DNA of 62,786 nucleotides, filler included, from Rhabdomonas costata (lineage: Eukaryota), in NCBI GenBank assembly GCA_019059605.1. It is 38 parts of 38 records of this genome, joined end to end, with 100 filler letters (N's around TTAATTAATTAA, not from the genome) between each part and the next. Parts side by side here need not be neighbours in the genome. Positions count along the whole stretch, not along the records: positions 1 to 1,556 come from JAHMHO010013127.1; positions 1,657 to 3,214 come from JAHMHO010013128.1; positions 3,315 to 4,869 come from JAHMHO010013129.1; positions 4,970 to 6,525 come from JAHMHO010013130.1; positions 6,626 to 8,180 come from JAHMHO010013131.1; positions 8,281 to 9,836 come from JAHMHO010013132.1; positions 9,937 to 11,492 come from JAHMHO010013133.1; positions 11,593 to 13,148 come from JAHMHO010013134.1; 30 more parts are not named here. One strand, 5' to 3'. Each line of letters opens with the position of its first letter. The stretch's first letter is position 1. Of the stretch, positions 1-12,018 are shown in pieces. Both the position numbers and the translations under genes were made by a program. A model generated the notes under the pieces. That model searched no databases. It saw only the letters and a list, made by a program, of their open reading frames with translations, and had not been told where the DNA came from.

Positions 1-252
1 GGGGTTTGGGGAAAACGGCGTAAGTTATAATCCCAAGACCTCACATAAATCATACCTTCACTTCCTATTGCCGGAGAAGAATAGATACGACCACCACTAG
101 TTAAATATAACCACTTTACTTGCCCATTGGCAATTGGTATGGTTCTATTATGAGTTAAGTCAACTGGGGTTCCCATATGTAACGAACGATAGTAGAGGCC
201 TGCGGTCTTTTGTATAAGCAGCAAGCCTCCCGAAACGCTGCGTGGCCGGTCC

Positions 253-285
253 GGTGAAAGGTCAGGAGATTCCTGACCTTTCACC
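253..285. repeat. Perfect 15-bp inverted repeat (hairpin, 3-nt loop)
   Basis: GGTGAAAGGTCAGGA (253-267), loop GAT, TCCTGACCTTTCACC (271-285); flanking GGCCG/CGGCC can extend the stem. Confidence 0.9.
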
Positions 286-1556
286 CTCGGCCGGTTGTGG
301 AGCCCCTTGGTGCTCTTTCGTAACCCTTTAGCGCCGCTTCTTGCCACACGCGGCGGAGGATTTACGACAGCACCCACAACGTACTTTACAAGCAGCCACC
401 CACGCCGAAAGAGGCTCGGCAACTGGAAAACTTTGGGAACTCGCAAAAGCTTGGAATTTCCGATCACAATCTCCTGAAATTTCATCTTGGTTTTGCTATT
501 CTTGGTTTAAGTGATAATAATCAGCTAATAATAATCAACTATTTTTTATTTCAATCATCAATCCTTCATCTTGGGTGTTCTTTTTACCGTTGTGGAGCAG
601 CCAGACAGAGTTACCAGCCAGACAGAGATATCGATAGACAGACAGAGATAGATAGATTGAACTTTGAACTGCCTCACGTTGAACGTTGAGGTTCAAGGTG
701 TTTTGAAATCTTTTGGCTGACACTGAATTGAACTTTTATGACTTCTTCGTCCCAAGGGAACTTAATTGAACTTTCATTGGGGAACATTCCTTGGAATTTA
801 ACTTTTTGGTTGAACACGTTGAACTTTGAGGTTTGTGCAACCTTGTTTGTTGCCCAGCTCTTAATGGTTGTGAGTTCTCACTTGATGACACAACATCCAC
901 TCAGATTCCCTTGGTTGCATTTTCTATCGTGAGCTCAATAAAGGTTTGCAGATAACCGCACACAGACACTCCTCCCACACCACGGCCTTCGACGTTCGGA
1001 GGGGAGTAGGGACAGACTGAACCCATTAACGTGGGCCTTCACAGGATCGTGCCTCGCCTGAGCCAGCTCGTTTGGAATGATCACTTGGGGCTTGCCTGCA
1101 AAGCCCCCGACGCCCACTGTTTTTTTTACAAGGCTTGAGATTCTCAATGGGCGCGAGCTCCACAAACGTGAAGCTCTCGTGTAGCTGCAGAAGCTGGTCC
1201 AAATTACGTGCTGATACATCTTTCGGTGGGTTAACCACAACCAAATAGCGGAGAACTAAAACGCATCCCAATTTTCTCCAGTAAACTGTGAAACATTTAA
1301 CCGGAAAAAAGTGGCGAAAGCCCCCCCGGTATTGTGGAAAAAGGTTTTGTTTGGGGACGGAGCTTCGATGAACGGACTGAATTCAGAATTAGTTGTAATT
1401 AATTGGATTGGGGGGCGTTTTGGGAGTCACCTAAAGTCTTGCAGAAACCGGACTGCTTCACCACAGTGAATGAACCACCAGCATCGCAAACAGCAACAAA
1501 CACAAACAAGAAAAATAGCAGGAAAACAGGCGGGTCGCACAACAGTTACAACACAA

Positions 1557-1656
1557 NNNNNNNNNNNNNNNNNNNNNNNNNNNNNNNNNNNNNNNNNNNN
1601 TTAATTAATTAANNNNNNNNNNNNNNNNNNNNNNNNNNNNNNNNNNNNNNNNNNNN
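1557..1656. other. Artificial contig-joining spacer (first of 37 copies)
   Basis: N44 + TTAATTAATTAA (stops in all six frames) + N44 recurs every ~1655 nt; 38 contigs of ~1555 nt plus 37 spacers account for the window length. Confidence 0.98.
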
Positions 1657-1751
1657 GTTTGTGTGGTGGCGGCAGGTGCCATAAGACCTGAAATCGATTG
1701 CGGGCATCGTCCCTGTGAACTAAGCTAGGTCCGTGAGCAAAGAATACACAC

Positions 1752-2128
1752 CCTCGGATGTCATGATCCGCAACGGTCATTGCTACATGCCGCCACCCCA
1801 CGAACCCAGGAACGAACTCGAGCATCTGGTTATTGCCATCGAGCGAGAAGAAGACAATGTCGCCCAGCACAAGGCTCCAGTACTCGACATTGTCCGTGGT
1901 GGCAAAGGTCAGCAACGAGGGCTGCGGTGCGGCGGACATGGAGTAGACCCAGGCCTCCATGGAGTAGTTCAAAGCCCCAGACAGGTACGTGAAGTCGGGG
2001 ATCACCCCAGCAGAGACATCGTTAGTAAAAGCCAGGCTGGTGCCACCTCCCGGAAGCCCGGGAAGCCCTTGCACCAAGTGAAGAAGCTCCAAAAGGAGCA
2101 CAGAACCCAAGAGCGCACGATTAAACAT
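1752..2128 (-). CDS. Secreted LamG/pentraxin-like (concanavalin A fold) protein, first exon, paralog 1
   Basis: ATG at 2128, signal-peptide-like MFNRALLGSVLLLELLHLVQG, then YSMEAWV...LLTFAT...WRHVAMTV (LamG_3-type 'S.E.W' and 'W.H.A.T' motifs); GT donor after IRG at 1751. Confidence 0.75.
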
Positions 2129-3751
2129 CGATATCTGCGCAGTTGTTGGCAGGCAGCACCGAGTCAAAAAAAAAGCAGGGCAAGAAAATAAAAGCACTCG
2201 GAACGTTGGGCAGTGGTGGGGCAAAGAAATGCTCTGAAGGAAGGCGCAGCAAAGAGCACAAGCGCATATTGGAAAAGCACCAGCTTCAGGCACATGCCCA
2301 GGGCTGCATAAACCGCACATCGCTCGAAAGCAGCTACACTCACCGTAGAAGCTGCTTTTGAGTTTTCAGAAAACCTCAACGTTTCCTCATGAAGTGGCCT
2401 TAAAAGAGTCGAAGGCCCTGCGCCGGCCCCAGGTCAGCACAAGTAAGGTTATGTTCATCTTTGGCAAGTGGGTAGCTCGCCAGCTGGAAAAGCATGAAAA
2501 GACAGCCCACCGGCGGCTCGCTGCCGGGCACCACGCTGAGAAACCTTTGTCAAGCACAACTAGAACAGGGCTGTACCCAAACGCCCCAACCCTTGGCCCT
2601 TGGCGAAGCGAAGCTATCTCCTTCCGGCGCCTGTTGTGCACGTTGTGAATGTCCCCCAGATGGCACACAGCATCATTACACCGCACCGAAACCACGAGGC
2701 AAACCGCAGCTTATATATGAAAGTGATGCACCCAGCAAAAGGAGACCGAGTGCCGCGCCACCTGTTTCGGTTGGCAACATGGATCGCTGGGTAAGCAGTA
2801 TCGTTTGGTCGTCAAACCATTTCCTTTTTTATTCGCTGAAAGCGCACAGAAAAAGGCAACAATATCCACGTGCAACTGGCACAACAGGCACAGAATGCAC
2901 CACCGCTTTGTCCACCACACGGCTAAAGACTGTGGAATGTCCACGCACAAAATAAAAACTCACTCAGCACGCACTCATTCAAACGCACATGGAACCCAAG
3001 TTAGCCATACGAGTCGGTCTGCACACAGTGTAATGTGGGCAAAGTCGACCAAAGCATGGGCCTCTCAGGGTGCTCCAGAGCGGCCGTGTGAGAGGCAGGA
3101 AGAGAAAGAGGGGCGGGGGGGTAGGAAAAGCAAGCATGCAAACGCAGGGCAGTAAGAAGAAAGCAACCAAAAGACAGAGACAGAACACAAAAAACATCAA
3201 ACTCACCCAACTCANNNNNNNNNNNNNNNNNNNNNNNNNNNNNNNNNNNNNNNNNNNNTTAATTAATTAANNNNNNNNNNNNNNNNNNNNNNNNNNNNNN
3301 NNNNNNNNNNNNNNGGGTGGGGGGTGTCGACCGCTGGCAACTGACCATTAAACGTGACCATGCGAGATTTTATCCTGCATTCCGGAACTTGGCTTGTGAA
3401 TTTTTGCTTTGGCCAGATAGGATGCCGTGAGCATAAGTTTTGAAAGGTTTGGGCTTGCGATCACGACGGCTACAAATTTGCTACTGGAACCGGGAGTCGG
3501 CACAGTGGTTCAGCAAGTGTCCAAATCGCTGTGTGCTTGTTGTGATGAAGGGCCCACGACAGGGGCACATTTATGGTTGGCGTCATGGCAACATCAACGT
3601 CCTTTTTCCCAAGGGAACCTCCTCCAAAATTGCAGTGTGCATATTTTCTCTCCCTCCTCATTATTTTTCTGTTTATTTTTGTGTGCATGTCTTTTTGGGA
3701 ACGCTGGTCTTAGACATTGGCTCGGGCGTGGCCCTCGAATAGGCGCCATCC

Positions 3752-4278
3752 ATGGGTCTTCTGCTCTGTGTTGTGGCAATTCTTCTGTATGAATTTTCAT
3801 CCCGGGTTCTGTCTGCGCCACTTCCCGGGGGCGGGATGAGTGTGTTTCTTCCCTTTGACCAAAATGCCGTCGTGGCCATTCCCAACTTCACCGCCCTGGC
3901 TGGCTCAACCTCGTACTCCATGGAGTGCTGGGCCTACAGCATGTCTCCGGTCGCGCTGCCCTCGCTGCTCACCTTTGCCACGGATCTGAACACGGAGTAC
4001 TGGTCCTTCGCCGCGGGGGACGAGCTCTTCGTTTCTCTTGACGGAAAGAATGATAAGCCCACCCCACCACCGAGTGCCGCCGGCGCAGGCAGCTGGAGGC
4101 ACTTCGCGATGACGGTGGCTCCGGGCGAGGTCCGGGCTTACGTCAACGGGGAGGTGGTGGGGGAGTACAACTGGACTGCCCCGCCGTTTCCCCCAAGCGT
4201 GTTCTTTGCGGTGGGGCGGTACGTGAACACCTTCGACAGCACGAGCATGGGCTCGGAACCCGCGTTAAATCTTCGAGG
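3752..4278 (+). CDS. Secreted LamG/pentraxin-like protein, first exon, paralog 2
   Basis: Hydrophobic N-terminus, YSMECWAY, PSLLTFAT, WRHFAMTV, AYVNG, FAVGR; collinear with paralog at 1752-2128; probable GT donor at 4279. Confidence 0.78.
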
Positions 4279-5801
4279 GTACGAAGCGGAGCGTGTGCCG
4301 GAGTGTGGGCGGCCTGTATATGTTCGGTTACCTGCCTTTTTCCAATGAGTTCGATTTATCTTTCTATCTTTCAAACTGAAAAGGAGGAAACGGGTGGCCT
4401 GTTTTCGCGAGCGAACATGAACTCTGTTGGTATATGATGTGTTTTGGTTGGTTGCAACCTTCCCTGAAGTTTTGGGAGTTGCAGGCTGCGATTTTCCCAT
4501 TTTAAATTAGAAGCCCCCCTACCACCTGGTTCCCAATTGGCTGGATGAAATTTAGTGTTGTCTGCGATTGTCGAGGACAGAATGTGGCTCTTTTGACAAA
4601 TGTAGTGTTTGGTCGATAAAACAGTGTTTGAACAAACTGCATACTGAAAAGCGCGTGCACATCTTTTACACGGATGACCAAACCTAGTAGCCAAATAATT
4701 GTCGAGCTTGGACCATTTTGGAGACTATTTTTTTCCAGCTTTTTCGCAGTTCTTTGGGCTATTCACGTCACAGATATGTGGACGAGCTCAGGATATGGTC
4801 CTCTGCTCGGAGTCAGAGGGAGATCCTCGACTACATGAATGTCCGGTGTGTCCCTTTACCCCCACCCCCNNNNNNNNNNNNNNNNNNNNNNNNNNNNNNN
4901 NNNNNNNNNNNNNTTAATTAATTAANNNNNNNNNNNNNNNNNNNNNNNNNNNNNNNNNNNNNNNNNNNNGGTGTGTGGGCAGTCCACATGGTAAAACTGG
5001 TGAAACGGCGAGACTAGAACAACTAGAATAGCTTGATGCGCGAGGAAGCTCGATGAAAAAGCTTCAGAAGATATCTCTGTTTTCACGAGAGCGTGCCTTT
5101 TCGCTGGAGGACGTGCAGGCGAAGCGGTCAAGTGGGAGAAGTGATTTCCACGCAAACTTGACCGGAAACTGATTGGTCTGGCGGCTTCAGCTTCTTATTA
5201 ACACCCCTCGGAGGCCAGTTCAGCAAAGGATTTGGCTGGCTCGTACTTCGAAAAGATGAGTGTTCCCAAAACTTCCACGAAGCTCCCCAGGAAACGCTAA
5301 AATTCAAACTTTGCGTAATGATGGTGATCAAAACCATGCAGCATGCACGTATCGTATGTTCACATCCACAAACCGGTTTTGGACATAGAAAACGACTGTA
5401 AGAAATGTTTACTGCGGAAACAGGCATATCAACCAAGGCCAGATAAGTTAATATGTCCGGTGATGGTGGTGATGGTGGTCGTCGTCGTCGCTGTATTGGT
5501 GAGGAGACGGTCGCCCCACCCCATTGGTGTTGCATACAGTTGCCCGTACAGTTTGAGGGTGATACGGGAGCGCCTGGCATCCTGTGGATCTCTGCTAATT
5601 CTTCATCTGTTGATGCGTGGTAGGTGTCGCATAGGCATATGATGGTTGGTGTTGTGTGGTGGTGCTACCATGGGGTTCGTTGGTTGACACACAATACAAG
5701 GAGGAAGGGTCCCCAAACGCCCTCAGGCTGCCACCCAAGCTGAATTCATTACCCCGACCCACATGTTTTCATCGCGGGTTGGGCACAAAGGGCAGACGAA
5801 C

Positions 5802-5884
5802 CTGAACCAGCACCCGGTCGGCCAGCCCCGCCGCCACCAAGGACTTCGCCACCCAGCGTGCCGCGTAGCAGGCCGAGCGGTCGA
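5802..5884 (-). CDS. MAT: S-adenosylmethionine synthetase (canonical MAT type), internal exon
   Basis: [28 protein letters not shown] matches the MetK C-terminal motif; bounded by cacag| and |gttcgt. Confidence 0.92.
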
Positions 5885-7203
5885 CTGTGTGAAGGACAGC
5901 ACATACATGCACAGAGTGAGTGAAACCCTGAGAAGAAGAAGCCACAACGAAGACAAGACACACTTACTCAAGTGCAGCCTGCAAAGCAGTGGTACGAAAC
6001 GATGGTCCTTCTCTGCCACGAGGGTTGCTTTGTCAACGTCCAAAAATGCCCATTGCCCATTGTGGAAAGTCTATTTTCCAATGGAAATTGCTTTTGTCAA
6101 CAACCCCCGCTAATGATCCTGGATTGTGCTCAGATAAATGGCTTACGAGCTCTCCCAACAATAATGCATAGCTACCAGCAAAATACGAGGAGCGCGAGGA
6201 GAGGCAGAACACGTTAAAAACAACTGAACACTTGAGATCAGGTCAAACCACTGAAAGGCAGACGTGTCTTTTCGCTACGTCAAGTCCGTCATAGGAAATT
6301 CGCTTCTTAGGGTTTCTCTTGAGAAGTTTTTCCTGCGTTTTTTAATTCTGTCTGACGTATTTCTCTCCGTTTCCAGTTCAGAACACCATTGTGTTCAGTT
6401 CACTCCTTATGCCCCCGGGGGAATTCAGGGCACGTTAGCTGACAAGAGACCGGATGACATTGGCCACCATGGCCGAAACAAGACTTTCAAAATGACGAAG
6501 CGGTGGATCGGACAGAGTAGGCACCNNNNNNNNNNNNNNNNNNNNNNNNNNNNNNNNNNNNNNNNNNNNTTAATTAATTAANNNNNNNNNNNNNNNNNNN
6601 NNNNNNNNNNNNNNNNNNNNNNNNNGGGTGTGTGTTCAGGGCACGGCGTACTGGCAGATGTCCTGGGGTGGTTAGTATCTTGATTGCGAAGGGATGTGGC
6701 GCCTAGGAGTGTCGACTCGCAGCCACTCTGACGTACTCAGAGTGTCGGAGTCTACCACCGCGGGTCCTGTGCTGTTGTAACCCATAACCTTCGCAAAAAG
6801 TCCGACAGTCCTCGTCACCTGCCGTGACTGAGATACGCATTTCCCAGCGGTGCTTGTGATACTTGCGGTGCTTGCGAAACGAATCTGAGCCCGAGGCAGC
6901 TCTGGTATGTCTGCTCCTCCATAGCCGGGGGTGGGGTGGAAGAATACCTCAGAAAAGCTGTAATCGACGAGAGACTGTGATTATGCACCACCGGCAATTG
7001 CACACGCGTTCTCTGCGCTTTCTTCACTTTTGTGCACAACAACAGAACTGCTGGACAAGGAAAAAGACAAACCATCCGCACTGGTTGAATGTAGTTCAAT
7101 GGAAAAATGACCCAGAGCTCAGATCACTGAAAAAGGGCAGCGCCAAAAAGGAAAACTGACGAGGCACATAAAAGGCACCGCTGTAGCAGCCATTTTCCGA
7201 AAC

Positions 7204-7978
7204 CCGCTCAAATGCAGTGTAGGTGGATGCGAAGAGCTCCGGGTACTGTTCCGGGTTCAGCCACTCCTGAAGTACTAGCCTGCGGGGGGGGAACGTCACG
7301 GGGTCAGCGTGGGAAGGGCGTCAGATGCTGACCCACATGTATGTTTCCAGCGGTCCGCAAACAATCGGGGCCCATTTCCACACGGAAGGAATGCATCAAC
7401 TTCTCGCAGAGTCTCAGAAGGGAAGAGAGGCCGCACAGGAGGAAGGGGAGTCGTGTGGGAATGATGGCGCAATGCGCCGCCAACAAGAGTGTCCGGAAAG
7501 TCGTTCAAATGTACCGAGGGTATACTTCGAACTCCCTTCCAGTGTTACAGCTGCTTCAAGTTCATACATCCAAAGCCTACATACCTACGATATACTTATC
7601 ACGCCTTATCATGTCAACGATGCACTATCACAGCCTATGTCATGTCAAAAGTAAAAGATAGGGTTAGGGTTAGGGGCACACACAAAAAGAGCAGGGCGAC
7701 AAGAAGCACAAAAAAGGAACACCTCCACGCGAAAGAACAGGTTCTCATTTCCCCCTGCATTACGGTGTTCGTTTTTTTCGAAGGTGACTCTGAGGTGACA
7801 CGTACAGTACGATGGCCTCCACCGAAAAGCAATGCCTCCCCTCTTTTTCGACATGCGTGCTGACCTTATGCTGTCCGTGGCCAAAACAGTGCTGATGCCC
7901 AGCCGCGACGAGAGCTGTGCGGCCAAAGTACTCTTCCCGCACCCGGTCGGACCAGCCAGGAGGATGACCAGTGGCTTC
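7204..7978 (-). CDS. 2-phosphoglycerate kinase / LPA1-like P-loop NTPase, exons 7978-7865 and 7279-7204
   Basis: [36 protein letters not shown] spliced in phase (AG|G) to [20 protein letters not shown], as in the 2PGK/LPA1 family. Confidence 0.82.
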
Positions 7979-8285
7979 CTTATGTTTTGCAAGAGAGAGA
8001 GAGAACATGTGCTTGCAGGTGTCTCTGCCTGCGCCCTCTGCATACTGTTCCTCGTGTTCCTCGCGATGCCCTTTCTTCCGCGGGATTTGTTTTCAGGTCA
8101 CATTTACCAGACTGTGCGTGAGCGTGTGCTACGCTCATGGCTGTGAGTGCTGGCTGAAGCGGAGCTGCCTGTCTCCTTCANNNNNNNNNNNNNNNNNNNN
8201 NNNNNNNNNNNNNNNNNNNNNNNNTTAATTAATTAANNNNNNNNNNNNNNNNNNNNNNNNNNNNNNNNNNNNNNNNNNNNTTGTT

Positions 8286-9826
8286 TTGGGTGGGGGAGCG
8301 GAGCTCCTTTCCGGGAAAGAACCAGCTTTCCGGAATTTCATTCTCCCGCGCGAAGACGGTGAGTTCTCGAAGGCAATTACAGGCTTGATTGCTGATTGTC
8401 AGGTGGAACTTCCGAGCCTACTGAAGGTGTTTTGGATTTGCATCGGCCCCAGTAAGTCCCCGAAGACCAGGGGTTTGCGGCAGGAGCTGAACTCGATGCG
8501 ATCGGTTTACGTCCAGGGGGTGCTCCTGGAGCGCTTTGACTTCAACATCTCTGAGCGCCAAGAGGATCTCGAGATGACAGCAAAGAAATGGCTCGATCGT
8601 CTTCTCTTCCCCACAGGGGATGAGGAAAAGGACAATGAGGAGCTTCTGTGGCTCCAGGCCGTTGTCCTCGACCTGGACGCTGCGCTCTTGGATCCCAGTA
8701 AAATAACATCCAAGCTAGACAAGCACCTCGCTCTGCTCGTCTGGGAGGCGCTCTGCGTCGCCCTGCGAGACGTCCTGAAGGGCTTCCCTTGGGTCAAAGT
8801 TCTCACCAACGCTTGCGGCTTCGAGGGCGTGTCCCTGAAGGAGAAGCAGTCCTCTGGAGACATGTTTTTTGTCCACGGCGGGGACAAGGTCTTCACCTCC
8901 GACGATCCCCTGTTCCGGGTTTTTGCCGTTCCCTTAGAACCCCGTATTCCACCGGACCCCTCGGAACCCTTCGGGAGATTTCGGGAGGCGTTGTTGCAGT
9001 CCGTTACCCACTGGGTGTGGGATCATGAGGACAACTCCCCCGAAAACCCAGACTTCCCCTACAACGTCCTCGTGTCAGCGCGTATTGAGGAAGCTTACCG
9101 CCTGGGCGAGCCCACCGTGGTGGTCTCGGAAAAGCACATTCTGTACTTCAGTGAGATGGTGCAGCGACAGAGAGGTCCCTGTGGATTCCATTTTTTTCGC
9201 TTTTCTTTGCCCCCGTGAAGAGAATGGCATGAAGCCGCGATTTCGTTTGCAACGGTTTCACAACATCCTTCTGAAGATGCCTCTGCGGAAGCCCTGTAGA
9301 GGGTTGATGGGTTAGATTGTATATATATAACAGAGTGTATATATATATGGTCGGCTGTGTTCTTTCTCGGCGTTGATTCGGTATGTGGTGCTGAATATCT
9401 GTAACAATCCGTATTTTGTGCAGCAAGGTTACATTTTTCTGTTAGTACAAAATAACAAGTAGGTTGCCGATTGGGGGTAGCCCTTACAGTATATTCTGGA
9501 TGGCACGTCGCCTGGGGATCCACTTCCGTGTAGGTTTCGCGAAGGCTGTCAAGGTTGAGGGCGAGGAAGAGAATGTCAACGGCATCTACGATGCGGTGGA
9601 GCTCTGCCCTGACCTCTCAGTGTACGAGTACCAAGGCCGAGAGAATGAATCCCTATGGCTGCGGCTCAAAGTGCTGCTCAGAAATAACTCGACGGGCAGT
9701 GGTCCTCAATACCGGTGGGAGATTGGACACCAGCAGGGCCCCCCTTTGGTCCAGAGTGTGGCATTTTCAAAGCCTTGTTCACCGGATCAGTCTGGACCAA
9801 AGGGGGGCCCTGCTGGTGTCCAATCT
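8286..9826 (+). CDS. Hypothetical protein, two exons (open 5' end to 9174; 9534 to contig end)
   Basis: ~890-nt open frame with coding-like codon usage; GT at 9175 and AG at 9533 join in phase (G|GT = Gly) to a second open frame. Confidence 0.65.
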
Positions 9827-10628
9827 CCCACCAACCNNNNNNNNNNNNNNNNNNNNNNNNNNNNNNNNNNNNNNNNNNNNTTAATTAATTAANNNNNNNN
9901 NNNNNNNNNNNNNNNNNNNNNNNNNNNNNNNNNNNNGGTGTTTGGTTTTTGGTGTAGCCTGGCCAGCGCGGACCTGAAAAGGGTGTATGGAAGGGAATGA
10001 GAAAGTCCACGGATGCCACGACAACGGAGGGGTGTCGGAATGGAAAAAGGTACCGCCACATTGCACCACGCTTTCCTCACATATCGCAGTGCCTGTATCC
10101 TCCTTTGACGATGTGCAGTGAGAAATGCGGGCCTATGTGTGGAGGGTCTAATTGGGCGGCAACCATTCTGCCATTCGTAACAGGTTTGCTGAAATCTTCT
10201 GATGCAAACCACCAGCTACAAGGAAAAACCGAGTGCGAGGAGTGTGTGGGTGGGCATGAAAGAAAAAGTGCAAAGGGGAGGGTCGGGTGGTGGTGGGACG
10301 CAGCATCATGAGAGGGACAAGGGTGGGATGGGCAACAAAGGAACGACATAACCAAGCATCCCTCAAGTTTAAGAATGTCCCATCAGGGGGGCAGATGACA
10401 CTTGGTGAAGATAGTGAAGATGGCTGCTGTTAAACACACTATTCAGTGGCTCTGCTGAAAAATGCAGCCCATCCACAGCCCAAATGTCCAAAAACGCACA
10501 GATGACATGCTCTTCTGGACGCAAGAACTGACGGGTGCTCTTCAACAAAAACCCTTAATAATCCGACAACAAACCAGCAATAAAATCACGGGCTCCTTCC
10601 CCTGCCAAAAAAAGGGTCTGCGCAGCAC

Positions 10629-11369
10629 CCGGTTTTGGGGAAACTGCTCGTATTCCACACGGCGCATCTGGTTCTCCTCTATGTCCTCCAGGCGAAGGCG
10701 AAGCATTCGGTGCCTCAGCCGGCGCCCAGGCTTCCCGTTACGAACCATGAACCCTTTTGATTGGGTGTCATTGGCGAAGATACCCCACAAAAAACAGCCA
10801 CCACCCTCAGTTCTGAAAATTCCATTGACCCTGACGGAAAATTATATATATATATATAGCAGCCTACACCTTTGGGTATCATGAAGAGACAGGATATGCT
10901 ACCCAAGCCCAGCGGCTCGGTTCGAAACGTTACGGGCAAGTTCTCGATTTTGGGGTGTTACTATGCTTAGTTGAAAAACACAGACTTAGTCACGCCCTGG
11001 AAGTGAAAAGTGAAGGACAAAAGAGAAAGGTGAGAAAGGTGGCGGATGATCAAAATGGAAAACACCGAACGAACCCAGAATAGTTAGGAAGGAGATGCCC
11101 ACTGGGGGGGGGGACTTGACAACGAGCGCGGTGAAAAGTAAACACGGCCCGCGCGTAGTGTACAAAAAACCGTTCCCTTCTCCACTGCAAAAGAAAGTTA
11201 CGCCACGTGTTTCCGACTTTCCATACACGTGAATATATATGCGCACACACACACCGCGGGCCAAGGCCTGGATCCTGATCGCAGCCACCCAGCGCTGGGT
11301 GAACTCCTCACGAAGCCTTTGGTGCCTGCGCTCTTCAGAGAGCTTTTCCGCTCGGATCCTCATCGCGTC
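10629..11369 (-). CDS. IQ (calmodulin-binding) motif protein, exons 11369-11255 and 10753-10629
   Basis: Splicing reconstitutes AAIRIQALARG|FMVR, a complete IQxxxRGxxxR motif; GT-AG borders in phase. Confidence 0.75.
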
Positions 11370-12018
11370 CTGCGAAACAAACGCAAACCCTCTGCACAGG
11401 CAGCATGTCTGCGCTCGTGTTGTAAAAACAGGCAAAAAAGGAATGAGTGGCTGGTCCTTACGCTCTTAGTGGGAGCACAGAGGAACCCCAACNNNNNNNN
11501 NNNNNNNNNNNNNNNNNNNNNNNNNNNNNNNNNNNNTTAATTAATTAANNNNNNNNNNNNNNNNNNNNNNNNNNNNNNNNNNNNNNNNNNNNGGGGGTTT
11601 GTGTCCTGTTAGAGGGAAATGCACACGTATTTCCGTCCGCTTCTTCCGTATTCGCCTGTCAAATAATAATAAAAATAATAATGGGTTTCTGTAGAAGATT
11701 CAAAGGTTGCTATCGGGAGATGCACGGCCCTTCTAAAACCGTCCAGGTGTCTTGGGACGCGGAGCACAGCAAACTTCCGCGACTTTCAGGAAGGGCGATG
11801 AAAGGTTCCCAGGAAACTGCTACAAAAGGGATTGGATTATTTTCGGTGCGGGCGGGGGCGGCAAAGTTCTGGCCTTCGTTGCGGCTGTGGAATCTTGCCG
11901 TTTAGATAAGTGGGCACTATCCAGCGGTCTGGATGGTGGGATCACCAAACAGAAAAACCGCCTGCACTTGGCATCTCTTACACAAACATATCCACTCGAG
12001 AGTGTGTGGGGGGAGGAC

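Noticed and set aside
7661..7676. GGGTTAGGGTTAGGG telomere-like motif in an intron (similar at ~44302)
   Set aside because: Only about two units; too short to call a telomeric array.
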